This document shows positions 8,956-17,980 of a DNA stretch of 41,790 bases, in pieces. Position 1 is the first letter of the stretch, and each line of letters starts with the position of its first letter. The translations under genes were made by a program, and so were the position numbers. This stretch comes from Actinomycetota bacterium. GTDB lineage: Bacteria; Actinomycetota; Acidimicrobiia; Spongiisociales; UBA5794. Location of the stretch: positions 1-41,790 of the forward strand of contig JAQCAA010000003.1 in the NCBI GenBank assembly GCA_027728645.1. Reading direction: 5' to 3'. The notes under the pieces were generated by a model. It was not told where the DNA came from. It saw only the letters and a program-made list of their open reading frames with translations, and ran no database searches.

Positions 8956-9175
8956 CTCCCTGAATAGTCACAGCAACCCTACCTGCTCGGGAACGCGTCT
9001 GCGCATAACGGCTGCACACATGCGTTGCTGTGTGTGGGTTTTGACTGCAACCCGGTTGCAACCCAACTGGGTACATCGCACTGAGACTGGATGGGACGAA
9101 GTCCAGCCGGAATCGGTGAAAGACTGCGTACCGCTCGACATCCCGGTAGCTTCGCACTTCTGGCTGTCGGAGGGT

Positions 9176-9308
9176 TCTGTCCTCTGATTTCCCGGCCCTT
9201 TCTCGGTCCTCCCTCGAGGGAGGACCGATCTGTCCGGACCGAGCCAGCACTGGCGTGAGCGGCTGGCGTAGCCCGAAGCCTGAAAGCTGACGGCTGATTG
9301 CTGAAAGC
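9176..9308. repeat. Mosaic intergenic repeat: TCCTCTG heptamer, 26-bp palindrome, 38-bp core and GCTGANN heptamers
   Basis: 9203-9228 is a perfect palindrome; 9245-9282 matches the reverse complement of 32712-32749 at 30/38; CTGA recurs with 7-nt period at 9280-9304. Confidence 0.7.
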
Positions 9309-9334
9309 TTGCTCGGCCGCGCTACTTTTCTTCC

Positions 9335-9898
9335 ATGGCTGATCAGGCGACTTTCGAAGACGATGCGATGGAGTACGCACCTCAGCTGTACTCGGCTGCG
9401 CTTCGAATGACCCGCAATCCAGCCGATGCAGAAGACGTCGTGCAAGAAACGTTCCTCAAGGCGTACCGGGCCTACGGGTCGTACCAGGCCGGAACAAACC
9501 GAAAGGCTTGGCTTTATCGGATCCTCACCAACACCTACATCAACAAGTACCGCAAAGCGCAGCGACGCCCCAACGAGGTGGAACTCGGCGAATTGCAGGA
9601 CATCTACTTGTACAAGCGTCTTGGCGAACAGTCAGGAGCAAGCGTGAGCGCAGAGTTGACGGCGCTCGACATGTTCGTCGATCAGGACATCGTCGAAGCA
9701 ATCGAATCGCTCCCGGAGGCATTCCGTCTGCCGGTTCTCTACGCCGATGTGGAAGGTTTCTCGTATAAAGAGATCGCCGAAATCCTTGATGTTCCGATAG
9801 GAACCGTCATGTCGAGGCTTCATCGGGGAAGAAAAGCGCTCCAAAGGAAGTTGTGGAACTTGGCAGTGGAACAAGGACTTGTGGAGTCGAGCGAATGA
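9335..9898 (+). CDS. sigH: ECF RNA polymerase sigma factor, SigH/SigR-like
   Basis: [68 protein letters not shown]; adjacent ZAS anti-sigma. Confidence 0.9.
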   Translation: MADQATFEDDAMEYAPQLYSAALRMTRNPADAEDVVQETFLKAYRAYGSYQAGTNRKAWLYRILTNTYINKYRKAQRRPNEVELGELQDIYLYKRLGEQSGASVSAELTALDMFVDQDIVEAIESLPEAFRLPVLYADVEGFSYKEIAEILDVPIGTVMSRLHRGRKALQRKLWNLAVEQGLVESSE

Positions 9899-10143
9899 AT
9901 GGTTGCGAAAACGCAGTCGAATACGTCTACCAGTACATCGACGATGAGCTGACACTGACGCGTAAAGCTCGGGTGAGGTGGCACCTTCGTCGGTGCGGCC
10001 ATTGCGTCGACGCCTTCCAATTTGAAACGCAGCTGAAGGCTCGGATCAAGATGGCTGGCAAGGAAGAACCGCCTGCAGATTTCTTCACCTCTCTGAGATT
10101 GATGATTGAGGCAGAGCGCGGCGCCGCAGAAAAAGATTGCTGA
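9895..10143 (+). CDS. rsrA: Zinc-binding anti-sigma factor (RsrA/RshA-like)
   Basis: C at N-terminus, [16 protein letters not shown] (HX3CX2C); ATGA overlap with the sigma gene stop. Confidence 0.88.
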   Translation: MNGCENAVEYVYQYIDDELTLTRKARVRWHLRRCGHCVDAFQFETQLKARIKMAGKEEPPADFFTSLRLMIEAERGAAEKDC

Positions 10144-10240
10144 CCGATCAGACACGTCTGACCCGAAGGATTGCGCTCTCGCCCTACCCCCGAACCCAGC
10201 GTCCGGCACGGGTTCGAACCTACAATTTCGGCTCAGGTCG

Positions 10241-10267
10241 GGAACCTTCTAACCCCCCACAAACGTT
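10241..10267 (+). promoter_or_regulatory. Candidate ECF (SigH/SigR-type) promoter
   Basis: GGAAC-N19-GTT upstream of the small Cys/His protein; a TACAAT also occurs at 10221-10226. Confidence 0.45.
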
Positions 10268-10335
10268 CTATATGTACGAACATCCGACATGGTGGTCGAG
10301 GAAGCTCGAACCAACACTTGGCTACGGAGGCCACA

Positions 10336-10533
10336 ATGAACGAAACAGCACTCAAGGGACGCAAGTTCACCGGTGCGACGCGTGCACCAAAGACCTACTC
10401 AAACGCTCGAACCTGTGAAGCCAAGGGATGCAAAACCCGGCTCTCGCAGTACAACCGACGCGAGTGGTGCTACACACACGCTCCCACCAAGTATCCACGG
10501 CTTCGCGGGAGAATCGCAAAGGCCGAGGCCTAG
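10336..10533 (+). CDS. Small basic hypothetical protein (65 aa), putative zinc finger
   Basis: GGAGG RBS 5 nt upstream of the ATG; C-x4-C-x13-C-x2-H pattern (TCEAKGCKTRLSQYNRREWCYTH). Confidence 0.75.
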   Translation: MNETALKGRKFTGATRAPKTYSNARTCEAKGCKTRLSQYNRREWCYTHAPTKYPRLRGRIAKAEA

Positions 10534-10636
10534 ACGGTCAATCTCGGTACCCAATCGCACAACAGATTCCTCCGATATTCGGTCGGTGTGCTGAGACATG
10601 AGTGTGTCAGCCCGCCGACCGTCTATTGTTTCGACC

Positions 10637-10948
10637 ATGCATCGGCATGCGCGCATCATCACCATCGCATTCGTTGCGTCGCTCGTGGTAGGCATTGCGT
10701 CCCCAGCTTTCGGCACAGAATCACCTTCCGATGAGGGTGCCACCACGACAACCGTGAGTATCGAGCCGGTCTTCGAGGGTGAGGCTCCCGCCGTGGTCCT
10801 CGAAGTGGTCGAGGTCGAGGTTGAGGAGCAGCCTTGGACTGTCAGGTTCATATACCCCTTGATCGGTGTGCTAGCCCTGCTCATCATTGGGGGCTACGCA
10901 ATCGGGTACAACAGGTCGATCCGCCGCCGTTACCAGGTTGTCGGCTGA
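10637..10948 (+). CDS. Hypothetical membrane protein (signal peptide, acidic linker, C-terminal TM helix with basic tail)
   Basis: Hydrophobic N-terminus ending in SPAFG; TM helix FIYPLIGVLALLIIGGYAIGY followed by RSIRRR; TATTGT 7 nt upstream of the ATG. Confidence 0.7.
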   Translation: MHRHARIITIAFVASLVVGIASPAFGTESPSDEGATTTTVSIEPVFEGEAPAVVLEVVEVEVEEQPWTVRFIYPLIGVLALLIIGGYAIGYNRSIRRRYQVVG

Positions 10949-10996
10949 CCCAGTCCGCCTTGATCCCTCGTAGGCTCAATCTATGAGCAACGTCCG

Positions 10997-12073
10997 ATGA
11001 GCCATGTCGACTGGGGAACAGCGCGCAACACTTCGAAGCGCTTCGCTGGCGAGTACCCACTTGCTGATACATACCACGCCCACCGCTTTCAACTCCAAGC
11101 CCCCGATCTCGTCGCAAGGGCATCGCAGCTTGTTGCAGAGTCGACTGGCCTCGAGATTCCAGGCCAACCAGAGGTTGGCGTCATTTCACGCCACGACTGG
11201 GTCGTCACCAACACTCATTCATTCGCACGCATGCTGCAACCGATCGAGGACGCCAGCGCGGAAACGAACGGAGACGAATTCGCGGGGACGGACCCTGGCG
11301 ACACCGCACGGCGAAACCTTCCGTCGTTGGCTGGGAAGGCGATGGGCGCACAAATCGGCGCAGTGCTCGGGTTCATGTCCAAGCGCGTTCTCGGCCAATA
11401 CGAGCTCGTGTTGCCAACAGGCGACAACGACTTTGGAGATTCTGTCCTGTTTGTCGGCGCAAACATCATGTCGATGGAGCGCCAGCACCAGTTCAGACCT
11501 TCGAGTTTCCGGTTCTGGGTAGCCCTCCACGAATGCGCCCACCGAGCCCAGTTCACAGGCGTGCCATGGATGCGCCCTTACTTTTTGTCTCTCGTCGAGA
11601 AACTGATCTCAACCGACGAACCGGAAAAGGGACGTCTTCTGAGGATCTCGGCAGAGTTTCGGTCTGCGAGGGAGGCAGGTCTCGACCCAATCGGTGACAA
11701 GGGAATTGTTGGTTTGCTCGCTTCACCAGGCCAGCTTGAAGTTCTCGACAGGGTCCAGGCCCTGATGTCACTTCTTGAGGGCCACGGCCACGTTGTGATG
11801 GATCGTGTAGGCGAGCGCGAGATCGTGGACGTCAAACGGATGTCGAACGTTCTCAAAGCGCGAAGGAAAGACCCAAAGTCGGCCGCGTTCATGAAGCTCA
11901 TCGGTATCGAGATGAAGATGCGCCAGTACGAAGACGGTGCGAAATTCATCAACGAGGTCGAACGCCTCGCCTCGTGGGAGGCTCTTTCGATGGCATGGGA
12001 GTCCCAAGAATCTCTTCCGACGATCGAAGAGATTCGAGACGCAAGACTGTGGCTCGACCGGATGAACGGATGA
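10997..12073 (+). CDS. Zinc-dependent metalloprotease-like protein (DUF2342 / F420-biosynthesis-associated family)
   Basis: RVLGQYE, FRFWVALHECAHRAQF (HExxH), MSLLEGHG..VMD, KMRQY; usual actinobacterial position before tilS-hpt-ftsH. Confidence 0.9.
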   Translation: MSHVDWGTARNTSKRFAGEYPLADTYHAHRFQLQAPDLVARASQLVAESTGLEIPGQPEVGVISRHDWVVTNTHSFARMLQPIEDASAETNGDEFAGTDPGDTARRNLPSLAGKAMGAQIGAVLGFMSKRVLGQYELVLPTGDNDFGDSVLFVGANIMSMERQHQFRPSSFRFWVALHECAHRAQFTGVPWMRPYFLSLVEKLISTDEPEKGRLLRISAEFRSAREAGLDPIGDKGIVGLLASPGQLEVLDRVQALMSLLEGHGHVVMDRVGEREIVDVKRMSNVLKARRKDPKSAAFMKLIGIEMKMRQYEDGAKFINEVERLASWEALSMAWESQESLPTIEEIRDARLWLDRMNG

Positions 12074-13380
12074 GGCACGATCTCGCGGCCCGCGTCGCTG
12101 CGGCGGTCGGGGACAGCCGATGCGTGGTGGCTCTCGGCGGCGGAGCAGACTCTGCCGTCCTCCTCGCTGCGGCGGTTGAGGCCAGTGGCAACGGAAGCGT
12201 CCGGGCAGTCTTCGCTCACCACGGTCTGGAGGGGTCAGAGATGCTTCGCGAATCGGCCACATTGGTTTCTGCGAGGTTCGGAGTTGATCTCTCAGTCGTC
12301 GAAGCCGTTGTTGAGGACGGTCCCGATCTCGAGGCGCGGGCGCGAAGGGCGAGGTACAAAGCCATCATCGAGAACTTGGCTGACACAGAAGTCTGCTGCA
12401 CCGGTCACACGAGCGACGACCAGGCGGAGACTGTCTTGATGCGGCTTCTACGGGGATCCGGAGCGACCGGTCTCGCTGGAATCCCAGCGACTCGCGGCCA
12501 GTTTCGCCGTCCGTTTCTCGACGTCTCAAGGACTGAGTTGCGTCAGGTCGCGCAAGCAGAGGACCTGCCATTTGCCGATGACCCAGCGAATACCGATGAC
12601 CGATTTCTGCGATCCAGGATCCGGAACGAATTGATTCCCACGATTGAGGCCGGTTACGGAGCGGGCCTCAAATCGAATCTCACGAGGACGTCCACGCTCG
12701 TAGGTGCAGACGACGCTGTCTTGAACTCGGTTGCTGGCGAAATCCCCATCAGGGTAAATCGATGGGAAGTGGGCCTGCCCGTCGGAGCACTCCTCACCGC
12801 CCCAGACGCTGTTGCGTCGCGAGTTGTTCGTCGTGGTTTGAAGGAGTTTCATCGACCGTACAGGGGCGGATTCGAGGATGTTGGCTCAATCATGGCCACA
12901 GCAACTGATGGCGTGAGCCGCACCATCTCTGACGGTGTCGAGTGCGCCAGGGAGAACGCCGAGGTGGTTCTTTTTCGGAAGGAGTGCCTCTCCAAGCTGG
13001 CGCACGAGGTCGGTAGGGCAATTCCAGTCTCGGCTGATTCCTTGTTCGATTGGCTGGACGAGCGCTTCTGTGTATATACATCCGACTCTCCTGCCATCCG
13101 CGCGACGACGAGGCGTCGAACCGGAGTCCGGGCCCTCGCGGGCAACGAGGAAATGACCGTCCGCGGTGTGGCCGAGGGGGATCGAATCGACATTCCCGGC
13201 GGTACCACCCCGGTGGTCGAGCTGCTCCGAAACGCAGGAGTGCCATCTCGCAGGCGTCCGTTTTGGATGGTGGTGAACATTAATGGGAAGATTGCAGCGC
13301 TCCACGGAATCAGGGTTGCGCCGTGGGCACGACCGATCGTCGGGGAATCCGCCATGATCATCGAAAGGGAAGGCCGATAG
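12070..13380 (+). CDS. tilS: tRNA(Ile)-lysidine synthase
   Basis: GGADS PP-loop variant, EARARRARY, TGHTSDDQAETVLMRLLRGSG, DPAN.D.RFLRSRIR; ATGA overlap with the upstream gene. Confidence 0.93.
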   Translation: MRHDLAARVAAAVGDSRCVVALGGGADSAVLLAAAVEASGNGSVRAVFAHHGLEGSEMLRESATLVSARFGVDLSVVEAVVEDGPDLEARARRARYKAIIENLADTEVCCTGHTSDDQAETVLMRLLRGSGATGLAGIPATRGQFRRPFLDVSRTELRQVAQAEDLPFADDPANTDDRFLRSRIRNELIPTIEAGYGAGLKSNLTRTSTLVGADDAVLNSVAGEIPIRVNRWEVGLPVGALLTAPDAVASRVVRRGLKEFHRPYRGGFEDVGSIMATATDGVSRTISDGVECARENAEVVLFRKECLSKLAHEVGRAIPVSADSLFDWLDERFCVYTSDSPAIRATTRRRTGVRALAGNEEMTVRGVAEGDRIDIPGGTTPVVELLRNAGVPSRRRPFWMVVNINGKIAALHGIRVAPWARPIVGESAMIIEREGR

Positions 13381-13904
13381 TGAAGATTGGGAGAACGCTG
13401 GTTTCTGCGGAAGAGATCGAAGCAAAACTCACGGAAATGGGCGCTGCGATTTCGAAAGACTACGCAGGCAAGGATCTACTACTCGTCGGAATCCTCAAGG
13501 GTGCGTTCGTTGTGATGGCAGATTTGGCTCGGCACATCACCATCCCTGTCGAGTTCGACTTCATGGCTGTCTCATCGTACGGGTCAGCGACCAAGAGTTC
13601 GGGCGTCGTTCGGACTCTCAAGGACCTTGACCAAGAAATCGACGACCGTCACGTCCTCCTCGTCGAGGACATCGTTGACACGGGGCTGACCCTTCAGTAC
13701 TTGCTCAAGAATCTATCGGTGAGGAAGCCAGCAAGCCTTTCCCTTGCTGCGTTACTTATCAAAGACGGCGTCGAACGGCCCCCGCTGGGCGTTGCCTACG
13801 AAGGATTTCGTATCCCTCCAGAGTTTGTCATTGGCTACGGACTCGATTTCGAAGGCAAATACCGCAACCTCCCCTATGTAGCAGTCGTCGACAGCATCGA
13901 CTGA
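13380..13904 (+). CDS. hpt: Hypoxanthine phosphoribosyltransferase
   Basis: ILKGA, VSSYG, VLLVEDIVDTGLTL PRPP motif, FVIGYGLD..YRNLP; GTG start at 13380. Confidence 0.96.
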   Translation: MKIGRTLVSAEEIEAKLTEMGAAISKDYAGKDLLLVGILKGAFVVMADLARHITIPVEFDFMAVSSYGSATKSSGVVRTLKDLDQEIDDRHVLLVEDIVDTGLTLQYLLKNLSVRKPASLSLAALLIKDGVERPPLGVAYEGFRIPPEFVIGYGLDFEGKYRNLPYVAVVDSID

Positions 13905-14117
13905 TTCCCGTACCCAGGGTTGGCGGACCATAGAAACGTGGGGTTGGAGCCCACGGAACGAGCGCTCGTGTGCTCTCAGAGTTTTGGACCCGCCGCCACG
14001 ACATGGAGTCCGTCAAGCTGACGCCAGAGTGGATCTGCTCAATTTGACGTATCGGAGCCGTACCATGTGCGACCCGATGGCAATTTGTCGGAATATGCCC
14101 ACTTTGTGAGGAGCACC

Positions 14118-16025
14118 GTGACCCGCACGGCAAGAACGATCCTTCTATACGTCGCTTCCATCTTCTTGGTAGTGCTTGCGTTCCAAGTCGTGTTCGGTCA
14201 GGCGCTGTCTCCGACAGAAATTTCTCTCGACGAGTTCAACGAGTATCTCGACAGCGGCCAGGTGTCTGGCGAGATCATTATGAAGGACCGCTCGAACGAG
14301 CTGACCGGCACAATCGACAACGGAGGTGAGCAGTTCGACTTCGTCGTCAGGTACCCAGCCGAGTTCGCTGACAATCTCACGATCAAGCTCCAGAACTCGG
14401 GCGCCTCGTTCAGGGTCGACGGTCAAGCTCCGACAATCTTTGACTACATCCTCACGTTCATTCCTTATGTTCTGATTTTCGGCTTGTTCATCTTCGTAAT
14501 CATGCGGATGCAAGGCGGTGGCAGCCGTGTCATGCAGTTCGGCAAATCGAAGGCCAAGCAGGTATCGAAGGACACGCCAAAGGTGCTGTTCTCCGATGTC
14601 GCTGGGGCCGAAGAGGCTGTTGAAGAACTCGAAGAAATCAAAGAGTTTCTTTCCTCACCTCAGAAGTTCCGGGCGATGGGGGCCAAGATTCCGAAGGGCG
14701 TACTGCTGTATGGCCCTCCGGGAACAGGCAAGACCCTCTTGGCCCGTGCCGTTGCAGGCGAGGCAGGGGTTCCCTTCTTCGCAATCTCAGGATCCGACTT
14801 CGTCGAAATGTTTGTCGGTGTGGGTGCGTCACGAGTCAGAGATCTGTTCGATCAGGCCAAGCAGAATGCGCCATCGATCGTATTCATCGATGAGATTGAC
14901 GCTGTCGGTCGCCACCGCGGTGCCGGACTCGGCGGCGGGCACGACGAACGCGAACAGACCCTCAACCAGCTGCTCGTGGAACTTGATGGCTTCGACGTTT
15001 CTTCGGGCGTCATCGTTATTGCGTCTACCAACAGGCCAGACATTCTCGACCCAGCCCTCCTTCGGCCAGGTCGATTCGATCGCCAGATCGTCGTTGGCCT
15101 TCCAGATATCAAGGGCCGAGAAGCGATCCTGAACGTGCATTCGAAGGGAAAGCCGTTATCGGAGAGCCTTGACCTTGCCGTTCTTGCTAGGCAGACCGCC
15201 GGGTTTACCGGCGCCGATCTTGCCAACCTGATCAACGAGGCTGCGATCCTGTCAGCCCGTGCTGGCGATACCGAGATAGGCATGGCTGCTCTCGAGGAAT
15301 CAGTGTCACGAGTGCTCATGGGACCGGAACGCAAGTCGCAAGTGATGTCTGAAAAGGACAAGGAGATCACCGCGTACCATGAGGGAGGCCACGCACTTGT
15401 TGGTCACGTACTGGCGAATTCCAACCCGATCCACAAGGTGACCATCATTCCTAGGGGACGATCTCTCGGTCACACCCTCTCTCTGCCGATGGACGACAAG
15501 ATCCACAAGCATCGGTCTGAGATGATCGATCAACTCGCGATGGCCCTTGGAGGTCGCGCAGCTGAGGAGCTGATCTTCGGTGACCCAAGCACAGGTGCCT
15601 CAAACGACATCGAAGTTGCAACACAGATCGCCCGCAGCATGGTCATGGAGTACGGCATGAGTGAAAAACTCGGGCCGATTCACTTCGGACGGCCGGCAGG
15701 CGAGGTGTTTCTTGGGAGGGATTACTCGCGGAACGACCATCTGTCTGACGAAGTTGCTGCCGCTGTCGACGACGAGATCCGAGTTTTGATGACCCAGGCG
15801 CACCAAGAGGCGCAAACGATTCTGTCTGCGCACGCAGATGCTCTAGGTCGAATTGCCAAAGCGTTGCTCGAGCGAGAAACTCTTGATGCACGCGAGGTCG
15901 TCGAGATCTTCAGCGATGTGCCGATGTGGGAACACTCTGAGGATGGCTCGATAAGAATCAAAGCCCCCGAGTCTGGCTCGGTTATGGAACCAACCATGGT
16001 GTCTGGAAAAGACGAAATCGCCTGA
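14118..16025 (+). CDS. ftsH: ATP-dependent zinc metalloprotease FtsH
   Basis: Two N-terminal TM helices, [16 protein letters not shown] ([12 protein letters not shown]), HEGGH; GAGGAG RBS before GTG 14118. Confidence 0.98.
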   Translation: MTRTARTILLYVASIFLVVLAFQVVFGQALSPTEISLDEFNEYLDSGQVSGEIIMKDRSNELTGTIDNGGEQFDFVVRYPAEFADNLTIKLQNSGASFRVDGQAPTIFDYILTFIPYVLIFGLFIFVIMRMQGGGSRVMQFGKSKAKQVSKDTPKVLFSDVAGAEEAVEELEEIKEFLSSPQKFRAMGAKIPKGVLLYGPPGTGKTLLARAVAGEAGVPFFAISGSDFVEMFVGVGASRVRDLFDQAKQNAPSIVFIDEIDAVGRHRGAGLGGGHDEREQTLNQLLVELDGFDVSSGVIVIASTNRPDILDPALLRPGRFDRQIVVGLPDIKGREAILNVHSKGKPLSESLDLAVLARQTAGFTGADLANLINEAAILSARAGDTEIGMAALEESVSRVLMGPERKSQVMSEKDKEITAYHEGGHALVGHVLANSNPIHKVTIIPRGRSLGHTLSLPMDDKIHKHRSEMIDQLAMALGGRAAEELIFGDPSTGASNDIEVATQIARSMVMEYGMSEKLGPIHFGRPAGEVFLGRDYSRNDHLSDEVAAAVDDEIRVLMTQAHQEAQTILSAHADALGRIAKALLERETLDAREVVEIFSDVPMWEHSEDGSIRIKAPESGSVMEPTMVSGKDEIA

Positions 16026-16173
16026 CAGCTGGAACACCCCAGAGTGTGCGTTCGGTTGTCATCCTCACGCCCTGACTCCTTGATTCTGTCGGCTCAAAAA
16101 TGTCCCCGGTGCGGGTGAGGTAGCGAATACGGTCAACGCTATTGTCCCAATCAGATGATTGTGATTAACGCAG

Positions 16174-16656
16174 ATGAGTAAGAAATCCACAGGGCTTGAG
16201 CCGAGAGGCTTCCGCTGGGTTATCAAGGATCGGCTCGCTGTATCCGAAAGGGTCGGGGGCTACGGTTTCCAGCACCGAAAAGTTCGGAGAGAAGAGGAAC
16301 TCACCTGGCTGACGGATCAAGGGATCAACTCGATCGTCAGCCTGCTCGGTCCCGCTCAGAGTTCTCAACCGTACGACACGGCTGGGTTCGCATTTGCTTC
16401 CAGCGACGTTCCGGCGGATGTTGAACCCGAAGACGCTGTTGCTGTGTTCGAGCTACTCAGCGAGGCTTTGGCCCCTGCCGGTGCAGTCGTGCTGGTCCAC
16501 AGGGACACCATTGACGACACACTTGCAGGATTGCTCGCCGGGTACTTGATGCACTCCGCGATGCTCGACGACCCAATAGTGGCAACAGATGTAATCCAGC
16601 GAATACTGAGCCGCGCGATCGGTCCCGAGGGACGGCGCCTCATTCCGCAGCCCTGA
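16174..16656 (+). CDS. Dual-specificity/PTP-fold protein lacking the catalytic CX5R (putative pseudophosphatase)
   Basis: F.WVI...LA, L...GINSIVSL and VLVH...LLAGYL match the DSP scaffold, but the P-loop reads HRDTIDDT. Confidence 0.6.
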   Translation: MSKKSTGLEPRGFRWVIKDRLAVSERVGGYGFQHRKVRREEELTWLTDQGINSIVSLLGPAQSSQPYDTAGFAFASSDVPADVEPEDAVAVFELLSEALAPAGAVVLVHRDTIDDTLAGLLAGYLMHSAMLDDPIVATDVIQRILSRAIGPEGRRLIPQP

Positions 16657-16658
16657 AG

Positions 16659-17975
16659 ATGGCAAGGGCCTTTGTCGGTATCGTTTCCAACGCTGAGGAC
16701 GGTAGGCAACGTCTCGCTAGCGTCCTCGAGTCTCTCCCCAGGCTCGGCACAATCACCTGTGGGTCTCCCATCTACGAGGCCGAGCAAACAGGCGTTGCGG
16801 GCCATGGTCGACTCGAAAGCGCTGTGGTTGGACTCGACACTGGCCTTTCTCCTGACATGCTTCTTAAGGCCTTGCGGGAGATCGAGCGAGAATATGGCAG
16901 ATTTGAGAGCGACCGGGAGGGCGCTCTGGCATTTGACCTCGATCTTCTTTGGTACGACGGACAAGCCATGGATGGCGCGGGTTTCCGAGTTTCACCAACG
17001 CCAATTCGCGATCGGAAGTCTGTGCTTGCCCCGCTCGTCTATGCATCACCTGGGCTTGCGGATGCGACGGGTCCATACGCCATCTCTCTCGGCGCGGTCG
17101 CTGATCAGGTTGTTCGCAAGGTGTCCGGCCAGGTCGATCCAACGGCGCCTCGATGGCGGTCGGGGCTTGCCGACGCCCTTGATCTTGATGGCGGTGACGG
17201 TTCGTACTCGTTCAACCTTGACCGAGACTGGCAGAATCGAACGGAAGCCATGTTCGGCGGCTTCCTTGGGGCTGCCGTGCTCGCTGCTGGCGGGGCGGAG
17301 CACCCCGAGATGGTCCCGACATCGCTGACGTACCGGTATCTCAAGCCGATACTGGCAGGAGGTCGAGCCTCGATTGGTGTCGAGCACAATCGCAGGAGCG
17401 ACCGATCCGCCGACCTTTCAATGTCCGTTTCGGTTGATGGAGTCGAATGTGGCCGAGCCCACCTGTCAACGGTGGTCGACAGAGGCGTCGTCATCGCTTC
17501 CGCAAAGGCGCCAACGGTGATTCCCCTTCACGAGTGTGTGCCGGTGGACGAAATGATCGATGCGTCGGGAGGCGAACCAGGTAACTCGGTGCGCAGTTGG
17601 CGTCCGCTCGAGCGATGGGACATTCCAGATCTCGTCGATGGGGTATCGGGAAAGCTGCGGGCATGGTGCCCGAACCCGGTGGAGGGATCAGACGACGCAT
17701 ACCTGGCGGCCGCTGCGCTGTTCATGCCAATCGATGCACTCATATGGCCCGTAACAATGCTGGCAGCTGGGCGGCTAGGGGGGAAGCCGATCTTCACTCC
17801 GACGATCGAGATATCGGCTCGTTTCGCCCAAACCTCGAATCTTGGAGGATGGTTCCTCGGAGAGGCGAGCATCGACCATCTGACCACCAAATCGGTTGCG
17901 GGTTCCATCCAGGTCTGGGCCGAAGACGGCACCCACGCAGCAACCGGCCGCTCACTGAACCTCACGATCGGCTAG
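16659..17975 (+). CDS. Fusion of a degenerate FolK (HPPK)-like domain and a TesB-like double-hotdog thioesterase domain
   Basis: N-terminal AFVGIVSN, SPIYE, LLKALREIEREYGR, DLDLLWYD, RKSVLAPL. C-terminal DW...MFGGFLGA, DALIWP, PTIEISARF, VWAEDG..AA.G. Confidence 0.75.
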   Translation: MARAFVGIVSNAEDGRQRLASVLESLPRLGTITCGSPIYEAEQTGVAGHGRLESAVVGLDTGLSPDMLLKALREIEREYGRFESDREGALAFDLDLLWYDGQAMDGAGFRVSPTPIRDRKSVLAPLVYASPGLADATGPYAISLGAVADQVVRKVSGQVDPTAPRWRSGLADALDLDGGDGSYSFNLDRDWQNRTEAMFGGFLGAAVLAAGGAEHPEMVPTSLTYRYLKPILAGGRASIGVEHNRRSDRSADLSMSVSVDGVECGRAHLSTVVDRGVVIASAKAPTVIPLHECVPVDEMIDASGGEPGNSVRSWRPLERWDIPDLVDGVSGKLRAWCPNPVEGSDDAYLAAAALFMPIDALIWPVTMLAAGRLGGKPIFTPTIEISARFAQTSNLGGWFLGEASIDHLTTKSVAGSIQVWAEDGTHAATGRSLNLTIG

Positions 17976-17980
17976 GGAGT

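Noticed and set aside
9020-9187. 55-codon ORF (MRCCVWV...) in the cupin-sigH intergenic region
   Set aside because: No RBS or leaderless promoter, no motif, and it runs into repeat sequence
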